A stretch of 64,000 nt of DNA from contig OZ024742.1 in NCBI GenBank assembly GCA_964016885.1, forward strand, positions 159,960,001-160,024,000. Direction: 5' to 3'. The position numbers and the translations under genes are program-made. The notes beneath the pieces were generated by a model. That model was not told the origin of the DNA, ran no database searches, and saw only the letters and a list, made by a program, of their open reading frames with translations. How positions within the stretch are numbered: the first letter of the stretch is position 1; every line of letters starts with the position of its first letter. Shown here piece by piece: positions 28,543 through 42,775 of this stretch. Source of the stretch: Eledone cirrhosa. Lineage: Eukaryota.

Positions 28543-31161
28543 ATTAATATTAAAATACAAATATTAATAAAATAGATGTTCTTTTGATCAATTAAATTTT
28601 ATTATACATATTTTATGATACATGACATACCCTGAGATGTTAAATGGACCCCCCCCCCCCTGCTTCGGATGCAGTTAGTACACCAATTGCAAAATTATTC
28701 TTTAATGCTTTGGACACTTCTTTCCCTACTCAACATAAATACCATTCCATTTTTAATAGACACACCATTAAATTGTCATATTCTACAACTATGAATATGG
28801 CCCAAAACATTGCTAATTTAAACACTAAAATTCTAAAACAGAATCAGCATAATGATTTTAATAATAGCGTTAACATAAATGATACTAAACCAAAATGTAA
28901 TTGTAGAAATAAAACTGATTGCCCTCTGCAAAATAATTGTCTAGATAGTAATTTGGTTTATAAATGCACCGTAAAAACTGATCACAACACATACAACTAC
29001 ATATGATCGACTTCTTCTACATTTAAAAGCCAGATTTGCGAACCATAAATGCTCATTTTCGAACTCCAAGAGGAAATCATCCACTTCTTTATCACAGCTC
29101 ATATGGTCATTAAAAGAGAGGAATTTAAAATACTCCTTTCTTTGGACTAAACTTCGGAATTGTGGAAGTTTACCGCAACTCAATTATATCAAGTAACTGC
29201 GCGCGCTGTACAATGGAGACCCTGTTGATTATTAATAACTATGAGACCCTAATTAACAAAAAAAGTGAATTATTCTCTAATTGCCTTCATAAAGCTACAT
29301 CTACATTCCAAGCATCCCATAAGACTAGAAAAAAACACTAAGCTACTAATCTTGGCTTTTAGACGTAAATAATCAACAGTTGAAAACCTTAATGGCCTTT
29401 AATATTGCTTTATCTTATAACTATCTATAGAAGGAATAACGCTCAAATGAATGACACTTGTTCAATATACACAACATAATATTATTAACTTTGATCCATA
29501 CCATTATTTCTCTATCTTTATTTTCCTATCTAAGTTTTAATTTTAGTTTAAATATCCAACCTGTAAATTTTTACGGAACTTATTTTTAACTGTGAATCAT
29601 TCATGTGTTTACACTCTTTTATTTATTTATAATATGTATGTATTTATCTTTTGTAAGTTTTTAAATATACCTACCTTTATATTTTTCTATCCATGATTTA
29701 AATATAGTTCTAATATCCAAACTGTAAATTTTTACGGACCTTATTTTGAACTGTGAATCATCCATGCGTTTACACTCTTTTTATATATATGTATGTATTT
29801 AACTTTAGCATGTTGGAATCTATTATATAAGATTATAATCGTTATCATTTACCAAAAGTATACTGTCTCACTAATACTTAGTATATCTCTCTATACCTAA
29901 TTTTTAGATAATTTTTAAATTTTTAGATTATTTATTTTGAACTGTGAATAATTCATGCCTTTACACTCTTTTATATAGATATATGTATTTAACTTTAGCA
30001 TGTTTGAATCTATTATTTTATATTCCTTATCATTTACCAAAAGTATACTGGCTCATTAATACTTACTATATCTCTCTATACCTAATTTTTATTTTTGCAA
30101 ATATGTGTATCTGTATAATAACATAATCATATTATTAGTTACGTATATCTCAGCTTTGTTTGTTTTTTTGCATATATATCTATAGTGAATAATAACATAA
30201 TTACCGTTTCAGTTTAACGCTATATATAGTTCGTGCAAATATATAGTTTGTGCAAATATAGATATATTGTACAATAGCATATTTATTATTTAGAGTTTAT
30301 TCCTCTGATGAAGGTATATAGAGATTTAATATAATATAACAAATATTAATTTATTACCATAATTCCACACATACATATATATATATAAGTGGCTGAAAAC
30401 TCTGCGTTAATCATTACACTAACTACTTGACAATAAATGTTTAGATATGTCTAACAATAAGTACTTCATAAGCTTTACATACCGAAAATGTTGACATTCT
30501 TATAGGTGATGTTCGTTAAAGATTACATTTAAAATATTCAACAGTGTAAATTTTCCTTTCGCTGGCCAAGTAAATCCTTTAAATTTTGTCTTCATAAAAT
30601 TCAGAATTTTAGAAATGTTAACACATTTATAGAATTTATAAAATTAATAAATATAAATAACCATCAATTTAAAAAAAACTTAAAATTTTGATTCTTCACC
30701 CTTAAAATAACATAAATTAAATATTTTGAAACTTAACTGTTTAGCCTTTAAGGAAAAAAAAAAATTTTTCTGCATATATTACTCCCCTTATCTCTCCCTC
30801 TCTTTAAATCTTCTATCAGTTGCCTTCATAAAGTGTTACAGTTCAAGAGACATTTTCCTAGTTAATCTCAATTTGTAGTATCCCACATTTTAAAATCTCT
30901 ATAGCTGTTACATTAAGCAACGTTTTTCTTACTCATACATCCTCTATTGAATTATTACGTTTTCACATTTTCTCATTATTAGGGTATAAATGTTGAGTTT
31001 TCTCTTAGGTTTTCTCTTAGATTAAATCTTAACCATTTAACATCTCAGGGTATGTCATGTATCATTATATTTTGTCTGATGAGGATGTACTGTTTTACCT
31101 CTGAAATATGTATAATAAAATTTAATTGATTAAAAGAACATCTATTTTATTAATATTTGTA

Positions 31162-31170
<9 letters not shown>
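28543..31170 (+). mobile_element. 5'-truncated PLE: inverted 3'-end copy (28543-28647), GIY-YIG remnant (28644-29320), long 3' UTR, HHR at 31069-31121
   Basis: KCNCRNKTDCPLQNNCL..LVYKC..YNYI. 28543-28647 is the reverse complement of 31033-31170 with the HHR core deleted. HHR reads attttgt-CTGATGA-ggatgta..tacctct-GAAA-tatgtaTA-ataaaat, followed by (TA)n. Confidence 0.85.
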
Positions 31171-31221
<51 letters not shown>

Positions 31222-31734
31222 GTATAGGATTATCCACCGTGGAAACATTTGTAAGCACACGGAATAAATTACCTTTTTATGATGTCTACCTGTTATTATT
31301 CATTCTTTATATATATATATATATATATATATACATACATCAAATATTTTTCCATCAAAGGCTACAGGCCATGACTGGCTATTATTATTAATATTATTGT
31401 TACGGGGTCGATAAAATAAAGTACCAGTAATACACTGGATAATTGCTGGCCTTGTGCCTAACGTAGAAACAATTATTAATATTATTGTTGCTGTATCCTA
31501 TCGGCTACTTTGCCATGCGGCAACCCTATCTCTATGATGGCTACCCTCTCTCTATCTCTCTCTCTATGATGGCTACCCTCTCTCTATCTATCTCTAAGCC
31601 ACCCATTACCTCCCGTTCCCTCTTCACCCATTCCACCTCACTCATCTTGAAGCTATTGAAGAGATAAGACACTCTATTCTGAAAGGCTAAAATGAATCAC
31701 TAGAGTTGATTTAGCTTCGTTCCAGTCATCCATC

Positions 31735-33492
31735 TTGACGGCGACGACAGCGACCCTCTCTCTACCTCACAATTTCCCAAAACTCCGAGTTGGTACCATC
31801 AATGTAAGCACAATGAAAGGAAGAGCAGGAGAAATCGTAGAAATGCTAGAGCGAAAGGAAATTGATGTATGCTGTGTGCAAGAGACTAGATGGAGAGGAG
31901 AGTCTGCTAGAGTCCTTGTAGGAAAAAGTCGGTGCTACAAATTTTTCTGGGTGGGAAATGACGATGGGATGGGTGGTGTAGGTATACTACTAGCTGACAA
32001 GTGGGTAGATAAAGTAATCTCAGTGTACAGGGTAAATGCAAGAATCATTAAACTCAGACTAGTCCTGAATAAAACAATTACCACAATAATATCAGCTTAT
32101 GCACCCCAATCAGGGTTGCCAGACGAACTTAAGGATAGGTTTTACAAGTCCCTAATGCACACTACTGCTCTAACAAACGACAATGACTTCCTAATCATCG
32201 CAGGAGATTTTAACGGACACGTAGGTAAACACTGCGACAGCTTCAATAGAGTCCATGGAGGCCATAGGGTTGGCACAAGAAATGAGGAAGGATTCAGACT
32301 TCTAGAATTCTGCGACGCCAATGACATGTCGATATGTAACACAAACTTCAAAAAACTCGACAACCACCTGATCACCTATAGATCAGGGGAGCATTCTAGT
32401 CAGATAGATTTTATCCTCATCAGAGGACGTGACAGATGGACGGTCGTAAACATAAAAGCCTTCCCTAGTGAGGAATGTACCTCCCAACATAGCTTAGTTG
32501 TCAGCGACCTCACGGTCAGAACTAGACGAACCTGGAAACAGAGACCAACCTGGAGAAGAAAGATCTGGAAGCTGAAAGACCCCTCAACCAGTAACAGATT
32601 TAAAGATATTTTACTCAACGCCTACGACAGTAAAGAAGAACAGATAGAGACATTCAATGTAGAAGAGAACTGGGAGTTCCTAAAATATAACTTACTAGAG
32701 GCGACGGATGAGGTCTGTGGCTGGAGTAAGACCACAAGCAGGAGGAGAGTGACTTGGTGGTGGAACAATAAGGTAGATGAGGCAGTTAAGGCCAAGAGAC
32801 AGGCATGGAAAGAATGGAAGAATGGGGGGAGCAGGGTACATTACATAGAGACCAAGAGGGAAGCTAGGCGACAAGTATACTTAGCTAGGAGGGAAGCAGA
32901 GGATAGAAAATTCAAGCATGTTTTGCAACGTGAGGACCAGAAACAGGAGGTGTTCAAGATTGCGAGGCAGTGTGTCAGAGAGAATTGTGATATCATTGGA
33001 GAGAAGTGTATCCGGAATGATAAAGGTGAGCTTTCCCTCACAAGTGCTGAGAAGAAAGATGCATGGAAGAGTCATTATGATAGATTACTAAATGAGGAGA
33101 ATGCATGGGAAGAAGAGACCCTACCCCAAGTAGACCCTATAGAGGGGCCAGCAGTACAAGTCAGCAGCAGCGTAGTAAGTAAGGCAATCAAAGATATGAA
33201 GATGGGGAAGGCAACCGGTCCATCGAGTATAGCTGCCGAGATGCTGAAGGCATCTGGGTCTGTAGGTCACACTATAACCACACGTATTGTTAACCAGGGA
33301 ATACTAGAAGGTGTCATACCAAAAGATTGGTGCAGTAGCATCATTGTCAACTGCTACAAAGGTAAAGGTAATGCACTAGATAGAGGAAACTATAGAGGTA
33401 TAAAGCTGATGGACCAGGTCATGAAAGTAACAGAAAGAGTCATAGCACAGTTGATTAGGGACCGGATGAAACTAGACGAGATGCAAAGATAA
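31735..33492 (+). mobile_element. RTE-clade LINE ORF: AP endonuclease plus start of RT, 3'-truncated, frame open for 585 aa
   Basis: VGTINVSTM, CVQETRW, SAYAPQ, AGDFNGHVG, SQIDFIL, SQH; then KATGPS, KGKG..NYRGIKL. Ends at DEMQ, before the RT core. Confidence 0.92.
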
Positions 33493-33499
33493 CAGATGC

Positions 33500-33787
33500 A
33501 CTCTAGCCAATTGCCTTATGTGCAACACTGACTGTGTTGCCATTTCTACATGGGTAGCACTATCCGACTCTTACACCTCCAAATTAAAGAGTACCAACTT
33601 TTCATCCTTCCACAAACACATCAACAAATGTGGAAACAAGGAGAGTAAAATAACTATCACCATCTTGGCTATTGAGCACAGTGTAAGCTCACTGAGAATC
33701 AAGGAAGCTCTCTTGATTAAGAAACTAAAGTCCCCCTCCCTTATTAATAATGGAATGGAAAGGAATGTGGCACAATGGCTAATCTAA
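33500..33787 (+). mobile_element. PLE GIY-YIG C-terminal remnant
   Basis: SSFHKHINKC...ILAIEHSVSSLRIKEALLIKKLKSPSLIN matches the R-x-x-E-A-L-x-I...P-x-L-N tail of PLE endonucleases. Confidence 0.6.
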
Positions 33788-33899
33788 CTTGTCCAACCTA
33801 CATATGCCATCATGCCAGCTTCGCATCAGCATTGTTGTCCAATCTACATATGCCATCGTGTCTGGTCGAATGGCCGTTCATTTTATAGCCTAGTTTGGC

Positions 33900-34545
33900 A
33901 TGACTAATGCTAGCAGCAGTTCTTAGGCTTTTCTGCGCTGTTCGTCGCAGTAAGTACTCGCCAACGGTCACAATCAACAGCGGCTTTTTCACGTGGGTGC
34001 CAAGCGATGTTGGTTGCCATCAGGTCTTTTCGGAATGTTCGTCACCAGGTGATCCTTGGGCAACCCTGCTTCCGTTTGCTGCCAGGTGGAGTCCAGTTCA
34101 TCGCTGTTTTTGAGTGTTATTCATTGGGCAGGCACAGAATATGGCCAGCCAGGTTGCACCGGTGCTCTGCGATCATCCTCTGTAGAGTCCATGATTGGCT
34201 CTCTGCAGGATTTTCTCATTTTGCATGCGGTCGTGCCAGGACACACAAAAAATCATCTGCAGGCACCCCTGGTGGAAAGCGTTCAGCCATCTCTCTATCT
34301 TTGCCATGCTCTTCCTGGTTTTGCTTGCGTAAAGCACTGTCAGTAACATGATGCTCTTGTACATGCGCAGCTTGATGCTGATGCATGAAGACGACCAGAC
34401 TGGGCGCATCCACTGGAAAACTGCGACTCCTTTGCCGATCTGATAGTTGATTTCGAGCTCCGCATCAGCATTGTTTGCCAGGATGCTACCCAGATAGGTG
34501 AAGTGATCAACTTCTTCCAGGTCTTGTTGGTTGACTCTGATTGCT
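33900..34545 (-). mobile_element. RTE-like LINE 3' fragment
   Basis: Minus strand reads LEEVDHFTYLGSIL...IKLRMYKSIMLLTVLYASKT...LNAFHQGCLQMIFCVSWHDRMQNEKIL. Confidence 0.8.
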
Positions 34546-35189
34546 AGTAGCAGACAAATTCCTTATTGGCTTTGAGTGGTCAGCTAGCAGGCAAAAGTGT
34601 TGCAGACCAAACTACACTTACACACCTTTACTCCATCATTCCCCTAAAAAATCTGTTCTTCACTACACATACATGCTTATACCCATACATATCATACACA
34701 TACTCTCACATGTTCTTTTTACACACATGCACAAATAACACTGAACTTTAATGTTTTTTTTTTTTAAATTCCAAAAATAAATCGAATAGCCACCCACAAC
34801 ATTTCTCAGGTTTCTCTCTGAGGTCCTCTACAGACTCCTCTTGATAATGGATGACAAATCCAAAAATAGTTGAGATCATTAAAAATTACTAAGGTACTCT
34901 CTCTTTTACTTTACTCCTATCGTACTCTCTCTTTTACTTTACTTCACTGTGTTCTTTTTTCTTCTTTTACTTTCTTATTACCTTGCCATTTTTACCAAAT
35001 ACACATTGTTGGGCTTCCAAATAACCAAACTTTATTATTATTATTATTATTTGCCATGACTGACCTTTGTTATAACCTTTTTTACACAGCCAAAACCCAC
35101 TTTGTACCGTTCTGTGCCATCTGTAATGTTTTTCTTCATGTTAGCCCTTGTGGCCAATAAAGAAAGCATTATTATTATTATTATTATTA

Positions 35190-35358
35190 AATTGGTGGAT
35201 TGGCTGTGTCGGTAGAGGGTCGGATGCCATGCTTTGCCATTCTGAGTTAGTTTAAATCCCGCCGAGGTTAACTTTGTCTTTCATCCTTACAGGGTCGATA
35301 AAATAAAGTACCAGTAATGCACTGGGTAATATCTGGCCTTGTGCCAAAAGTAGAAACG
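35190..35358 (+). mobile_element. tRNA-derived SINE (family 2)
   Basis: ggtggattggc...tttaaatcccgccgaggt..ctttcatccttacagggtcgataaaataaagtaccag...ggccttgtgcc; more than 10 copies in the window (for example 4160, 31400, 37955, 48133, 56420, 59558, 61680). Confidence 0.75.
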
Positions 35359-35359
35359 G

Positions 35360-37955
35360 TCTCTATCTGACCATAACGGGCGCGTGTTGCTCGAACCCGA
35401 GCAGATGTGTGAAGCTTTTCAGCAGCACTTTGCTGAACTGTTTGGAAGCGGCGGCGGCCCGGATTGGGGCATGGACTTCAGTGCATACCTCGACGGACTG
35501 CCTTGGCTCTCGAAGACCGCAGCACAGTGTTGCGAAAAGCCAATAACAGCCGGTGAAATACGGGAAGCGATGGCTAACTGCACAAGGGGTAAATCGCCAG
35601 GTTTGGATGGTCTGCCCTACGGGCTTTATGCATTTATGCCAGACTTGTTCGGTGACCTCTTGGCAGACATCTACTGCAACTGGCAGCAGAACGGCAGCAT
35701 TCCCAGTTTTGTGAGCCGGGGAGCAGTGGCGCTGCTGAGAAAAGACCCGAACAAAGGGGATGTTATCGATAATGTCAGGCCCATAACCCTGCTAAACGCA
35801 GAGTTCAAGATTTTGGCCAAGGTGTTAGCAACGAGGTTGGCGCTTGTCGTCAAGGGTCTGGTGGGAGAGGCGCAGACATGCGCCATTCCATACAGATCCA
35901 TACACGACAACCTCCACCTCATGCGATACATCATAGAGAGGTTGGTTAAGGAACCTGGCACGGGTGGGCCCCTGATCAACTTGGATCAATCCAAAGCATT
36001 CGATAAGGTCGACCATCAGTACCTGGCGGCGGCCCTCGAGGCAGCCGGTTTTGGGCCTGTTTTCAGGGGTTGGATAGCTGCGATGTACAGCGACATCTGC
36101 TCAGTTGTGAGGGTGAACGGTCACCTGTCGCAGCCGTTCAGCATCATGCGCTGGGTCCGCCAGGGTTGTCCCCTCCAGTCCTTCATGTGCGTATTGGCTC
36201 TCGAGCCGTTATTGCACAAACTGGGGGCGATGAGAGGCGTCCCACGCGAACTAGGAATCGGCTTATGCCGACGATATCACCGTGGTGGTGTCGAGCTCCA
36301 GACACGTCCAGATGCTCGGCACCGCTCTCAAGGAATACGAAGCGGTGACAGGAGCAAAGATAAACCAGGAAAAGTCCGTGGGCTTGCAGCTCGGCACCTG
36401 GAGAGGCAAGCCCATGCCGTCCGACAGCGTCGTGGGGCGTTGGACGGACGGACCGGTTAAATTGCTCGGAGTCTGGTTTGGACCGGACCTCCAGATGGAG
36501 AAAAACTGGAGCGAGGTGACGAGCAAGGTGGCCCCCCTCACCCAGAAATGGGCCGAGAGGAAGCTGTCCCTGAAAAGTCGAGCGGAGGTGGCGAATGCGT
36601 ACATCGCATCCGTCATCTGCTACCGCCTCACCGTCGTCCCTTGCCCCGACCCAACTCTCACCAAAATTGAGCGCCTCCTCTTCCGCTTTTTGTGGAAGGG
36701 ACGCGCACCCATGGTCAGACGATCCATCTGCTGTCAACACCCGGTGCGTGGAGGACTGGGCATGCCATGGCTGATGATGCGCAAACATGCGCTGAGGCTG
36801 CGACATCTCTGGTGCTTCCTTGACGGTGAACAGTTGTGGTCGCCGTTCGCCAGGCACGTTTTCCCACAGCTCGTCTCCTTGACAGAGCTGCAGTCCTGGG
36901 TCAGGAAAAGACCGAGGGATAGCGCTTGGAAACTGGAATGTCTCCAGGTGCTCACTGCCCTCTGCCCTCTGGCACCAGTATCGGTGGAACATTCACCTCG
37001 GCGTTCTATAGAGGACTAGTGGAGGGGAAGAGCGACAACGTTCTGAGAGAGATCCTGGGCGTCGAAGAAGATCAGCTGTTTGCTCTCCCGGAGAACTTTC
37101 AGCCCAGGGCCTATGGATAACTTCCAAAAATCCCTGGCCTAGCAATGCTACTGGGGAGCATTGCCGGTTTGAGATAAGCTCTACAGGCACGGAAGTGCCA
37201 TCAGCCGAGCCTGTTCGAGATGCGCGCAGAACGACGAAGCCGTCGTGCACGCACTCGTTCAGTGTCCGAGCATTGCTGACTTGTGGAGCTATGTCGAACA
37301 GTTGCTGTCGCGTGTAGGACTGATCCGGTTATCAACTGAGTCCATTGTGCAGATGGTCTCGCCGTCTTCCTTCGAGGAGGAAGGGCAGGCGGGTTTTCAT
37401 CTGCCTGGTGGCCATGGCGAAAGAGATTGTGTGGTGGACAAGGTTGAAAGGGTTAAAGACAGCTACTTTCCTCTTCGGCGAATCGCTAATTAACTTTTTC
37501 AAGTTTCACTTGAAGAGGAAAATCAGGGTGGAGAGGCAAGTGCTGCCTTCTAGCAAGTTTGATGAAAGGTGGGTGAATGTAGCGAGAATGGTCCGAGTGA
37601 ACGGGACCGCTCTGAATATACGCCTGTAGTTTGAGAAATGGAAAAATTGAGAGAGGGCGCTTGCCCTGGTGGTCAGGGTGGCCATGGTCTTTTGTGTGGT
37701 TTTCGCCACGAGTAACCCTCGGAGGTTTCCCCTCTTTTGGGGAATTTTTCATTGTTTCAGTTTTCATTTTTATTGTTTATATATATATATGTTTCTATGT
37801 CTTTTTCTTTTCTTATATAAAAAATAAAAATCTTTACACGAACAAAACCCACATCGTACCATCCTGTACTGTCCTTTGCCATCTGTAATGTTTTTCTTGA
37901 TGTCATCCCATGTGGTCAATAAAGAAATCATTATTATTATTATTATTATTATTAA
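35360..37955 (+). mobile_element. 5'-truncated L1/Tx1-clade LINE (RT and C-terminal zinc knuckle), degenerate, (ATT)n tail
   Basis: KSPGLDGLP, RPITLLNAEFKILAK, LDQSKAFDKV, VRQGCP, (Y)ADD, GGLGMP, CSRC..H..C; tail gtggtcaataaagaaatc(att)n. Confidence 0.9.
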
Positions 37956-38109
37956 GGGCAGTGGTTTGGCAGTATTGATAGAGCATCAGACACCATGCTT
38001 TGCAGCATAGAGTTATGGCCCTTTGCCTAAGTTTAAATCCTGCCAAGGTAAACTTTGCCTTTCATCCTTACGGGGGTCAATAAAATAAAGCACCAAAATA
38101 AAGCACCAA

Positions 38110-41100
38110 AATAAAGCAGCAAAAAAGAGGCCATGCTTCAACATGGACCTCTCAAACAAAGATGAAAAGTTGGCCCAGGCATGGAAGCTCATCAAGCAAG
38201 AACAAACTTGGGCCAACTTAACTGTCCCGGTAGAAGCTATTGAGGCAGTGGAGCGCAAAACGGTGCATTATAGATGCATCTCAGCACAAACCAAAAGGGC
38301 AGCTTTAATCCCACAAGAAGATATCGAAGTCGCGCTGAGGTGCATCAGAGAAGACACCCAGTACATAGAGAGGAGCAGACAGTACGGCACCATTTCGGTG
38401 TTGTTCAAGTCAGAAGCCCTCGCGATGAAACACGCCATGACTCCTTGCAAAACCAGCAAGGTCATAATGTACCCCTCCCACATGAGAAAAAAAACGGCCC
38501 GTCTCCGCATTCCCAGAATCCCACCAGGACTTGACATGTGGTGGCTTCTGGGATGTGTGATTGTGGAGGGGACGGATACAGTCCCTATAGAAGTGACCAG
38601 AACGGCCAGAGAGGACTGGTCCGGGGTTGACCTAGAGACCCTTCTCCAGATCAGGCCCGAGAATGTGAAGACAATCCCAGACCACATCCGCCTTCAGAAT
38701 GGGACTGTCATTCACATTATGACCGAAGGCAAAAGGCCGCAGTGTTTTGTTTGTGGGGAAAAAAACCCATTTGCGAGCCTTCTGCCCTCAACTGCTGAAT
38801 GAGGCAAGGGGTCGAAAGGCTCCACTGCTGCTGACGCTGGGGCGAGGACCATAACCAACACCTGCATTGGCAAAACCAACAACAACAACACCAATAGAAA
38901 GACCACCACCAATATTGACCACCCAGGGGGGAAACGAGGAAAGCTGTCAAATTCCCCCTCCCCCCCAAAATACACACACCAATAAAACCTTAAACATACA
39001 TACAGACACGCTTACAGAAACAGACCCCTCATCTACCAGTAGTGAAAATGAGGGAAATCCAAAATCCCCCAAAATACAAAAAAGGAAACACAAAAAGAAA
39101 AAAAAAACTCAACAAAGCACAAAAGCACCCACAATAAAAAACGCAGACACCACCCACGCAAACATCTCTCCAATAACACCAACATCAACATCACCATAAT
39201 CCCCCGAACGCAAACAACCGAAACAGACGCAAGAACAAATATAGACACAAACATCTGAAACCACAGACATCGCACTCACAACAAACACAGATACAACCGA
39301 AACAACACCACCAAAACCATCACCACCACAGCCACGCAAACAAATAAAATCACACCAACAAAACATACAAAACTTTGTGCTCGTCAGGAGGGCCAACAAG
39401 GAACTTATGGCCCTCGTAGCACGAAGTGAAAATATACAAAAAGACGGGGGAAATTTTTAAATCGAGCACATTTCGCGTGCCGGAAGATTTGGTTCTGGTG
39501 CGAATGTCGCTCGACATATTCAAAGAAATACGAGACAGCTTTCCTCGGGACGTGGGAACCCCGAATGTAAAACCCACTTCAAGACTTTTAAAGGGGTTCT
39601 CAAAAGAAACCCCACTCACTATGGAGGTCGAACAACCCGACCTTCACAAGAGCCCGGAAGGTAAGTAAACCTTCCTCTCTCTCTCTGTTTAAACTGCCAG
39701 CATGGCCGTATTAAGAGTAGGATGTTTAAATGTTCGAAGCCTGGGATCGTCCTGGAAGCTGGGTCACCTGCTCAACGACCTCAGGTCTATAGAAATGGAT
39801 TTAATTGCAGTCAGCGAGACCAGGATTTCCGACACGCGCGCACTAGCCCCCATTTTCGATGCCTATCAGATCTTTGCATCTGTTAGCCAGCCGGGAATGG
39901 GAGACGGGGGGGCAGTGCTGTTTAGGAAAGGCCTGGATCTCGAGGTAAGGTCGATCTTCCGGGACCCGGACGGGAAGTTGGTGGTCCTGGGCGTGAACAA
40001 TAATGAGGGTGGTGCCTTTAGACTGGTGGCCGTCTATGCTCCTACTGGGGCAGGATGGCCGGACTTCTTTAGACGCCTGGAAGCCATTCTGGATACGTCT
40101 CGCCCTTTACTGTTAGCGGGGGACTGGAACGGCATCTTAGATGCACGCTGGGACTGTGTGGGAGTATCCGATAGGAGCGGGCGGTGCATAAGCCTCAAGA
40201 ACCTGATCAGCCAGTTCCAACTGTCTGACAGGTACCGACTAGATTTCCCTAATGCACCAGTGTGGTCCTGGACTAACCGCATAGGGTCATCTAGATCGTA
40301 TATAGACAGGATATTCATTAGGAAAATAGACAGAAATAGTGTAAGCTGTCCACGTTTTGAAACGGTCGCAACATTTTGCTCGGTTGTTCGGGGAAAGTGG
40401 CGGGTCAGAGATGGTGGCGGACTTCAGTCCCTACCTCGATGGCTTGCCGCAACTCTCGATGGCTGACGCTGGGCGCTGCGAAAGGCCAATTACTTCAGCC
40501 GAGATTCAGGATGCCCTTGTAGGCTGCATGAGGCGCAAGTCACCCGGTTTGGATGGTCTGCCCTATGAGCTTTACGTAAATATGCCAGACTTGTTTTCCA
40601 ATCTCCTCGAAGGCCTCTACTGCAACTGGCAGCAAAACGGGTGTTAGCGAAGAGGTTGGCGCTTGTCGTCGGGGATTTGGTTGGGGAGGCGCAAACTTGC
40701 GCAATCCCAACCAGGTCCATAGACGACAACCTCCACCTAATGCGATACATCATAGAGAGGGTAGGGTGTAAACCTGGCTTCGGTGGGGCTCTGATCAATT
40801 TAGATCAATCAAAAGCATTCGATAGGGTCGACAATCGGTACTGGAGGCTGTCCTCAAGGCGGCTGGCTTCGGCCCCGTCTTCAGAAGCTGGATCGCTGCA
40901 ATGCACAGCGGCACCTGCTCGATGGTCAAAATTAATGGCCACCTCTCGGAACCGTTTCAGGTCTCCCGATCGGTCCGTCAAGGGTGCCCTCTCCCCTCCC
41001 CCTTCTGTACGTATTGACTCTCGAGCCTTTACTGCGGAAGCCGGAGCTGTTGCAGGGCATCCCGCTCGAACCGGGACGCGGAAAGGCTGTGTTGGCTTAT

Positions 41101-42775
41101 GCGGACGACATCACCGTGATGGTGTCGGACACCTCAGAAATCGAGATGGTCGGCAACTTATTGGAGGAATATGAAAGGTTGACGAGAGCAAAACTTAACC
41201 CGGAAAAGTCAGTAGGCTTGCAACTCGGCACCTGGAGAGGCAAGTCCATGCCGTCCAACAGCGTCGTTAGGCGCTGGACGGACAGACTGGTAAAGTTGCT
41301 CGGGGTTTGGTTCGGGCCAGACCTCCAGGTGGATAAGAATTGGGACGAGGTGACGGGCAGGGTAGTCAGTCTCACCCAGAAATGTGCTGGGATGAAGCTA
41401 TCACTGAAAGGTCGGGCGGAGGTGGCGAACACGTACATCGCATCCGTCATCTACTACCGTCTGACTGTCGTCCCTTGCCCCTGTTCCCGCCTTGCCATCT
41501 TGGAGCGGCTCCTCTTCATATTCTTGTGGAGGGGTCAGGTTCCGCTGGTGAGGCGGTCCATCTGCTGCCAGCACCCTCTACGTGGAGGGCTGGGTATGCC
41601 GTGGCTAATGATGCGCAGGCACGCTTTGAGGCTGCGGCATCTCCAGATATTCTGCCTAAACGGTGAACAGGTGTGGTCGTCGTTTGTCAGATGGGCCTTT
41701 CCGCAGCTCGTTTCTTTGACTGAGTTGCAGTCCTGGGTCAAGAAGAGACCGAGACTGGGTGACTGGCATCTGGACTGTTGCCAGGCACTCACTGCCCTCT
41801 ACCAGGCGGGCAATGCGGTCAGTGGAACTTCCACTCTCGAGTTCTATAGAGGATTAGTGGTGGGCAAGTGCGACAACGCACTCGGAGAGGCTCTGGGAGT
41901 CAACGAAGTCGAACTAACCAGTCTGTACCGGAGGACTTTCGAGCCAGGGACGATGGATAATTTCCCAAAATCCATCGCTTGGCAGTGCTACCGGGGGGCA
42001 CTGCCGGTTCGAGATAAACTCTACAGGCATGGAAGTGCTGTCAGATGGACCTGCTCGAGATGCGCGCAGAGCGACGAAACCGTTCTGCACGCACTCGTCC
42101 AGTGTCCGTGCATTACTGACTTGTGGCGTTATGTTGAACAGCTGTTGTCGCGTGTAGAACGGATCCGGCTATCGGCCGAGTCCATAGTGAAAATCGACCC
42201 GCCGCCTTCTTTTGGCCAGGAAGGGCAGGCAATTTTCCTCTGTCTGGTGGCAGTAGCGAAAGAGGTTGTATGGTGGACGAGGTTGAAAGGACTGAAGACA
42301 GACACTTTTCTCTTCGGCCAATCCCTCATCAACTTTTTCAAGTTTCACTTGGAAAGGAAGGTGAGGGTGGAGAGAGAAGTGCTGCCCCCCAGTACATTTG
42401 CTGAAAGGTGGGTGAATGTGGCGAGAATGGCCCGTGTGAGTGGGCCTACTCTGGTCATGTGGCTGTAGGTAGGTAAATTTGAAGAGGAGAGGGGTGCCCT
42501 TCCAGGGTGCTCTCGAAGCGTCGGGTCGTTCAGGACTGGTGGGGTACCTGAGCGAACCCTAGGTGGTCATCCCCCCTATTGGAGAATTTTTTTCTTGTTG
42601 TAATTTTATTGTTACTTTACTGTTACTTTGTTATTGTTACTTTGTTTATTCATATTTTTCTGTAAAACCCCACTGTCCCAGTCTTTTGTATTGTCCCCTA
42701 TATGTCGGCCCTTGTGGCCAATAAATGAAATCATTATTATTATTATTATTGTTGTTGTTATTGTTGTTATTATTA
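38110..42775 (+). mobile_element. Near full-length degenerate L1/Tx1-clade LINE (ORF1 38143-39668; ORF2 39702-42468 with internal deletions)
   Basis: ORF1 has a CFVCG knuckle-like motif and a T/P-rich stretch. ORF2 has APE motifs (GCLNVRSL, VSET, VYAP, AGDWN, YIDR), RT motifs (LDQSKAFDRV, AYADD) and CSRC-x-HALVQC. Same 3' tail as the preceding copy. Confidence 0.9.

Noticed and set aside
30295-30340. CTGATGA in a PLE 3' UTR
   Set aside because: No downstream GAAA or stem II partner.
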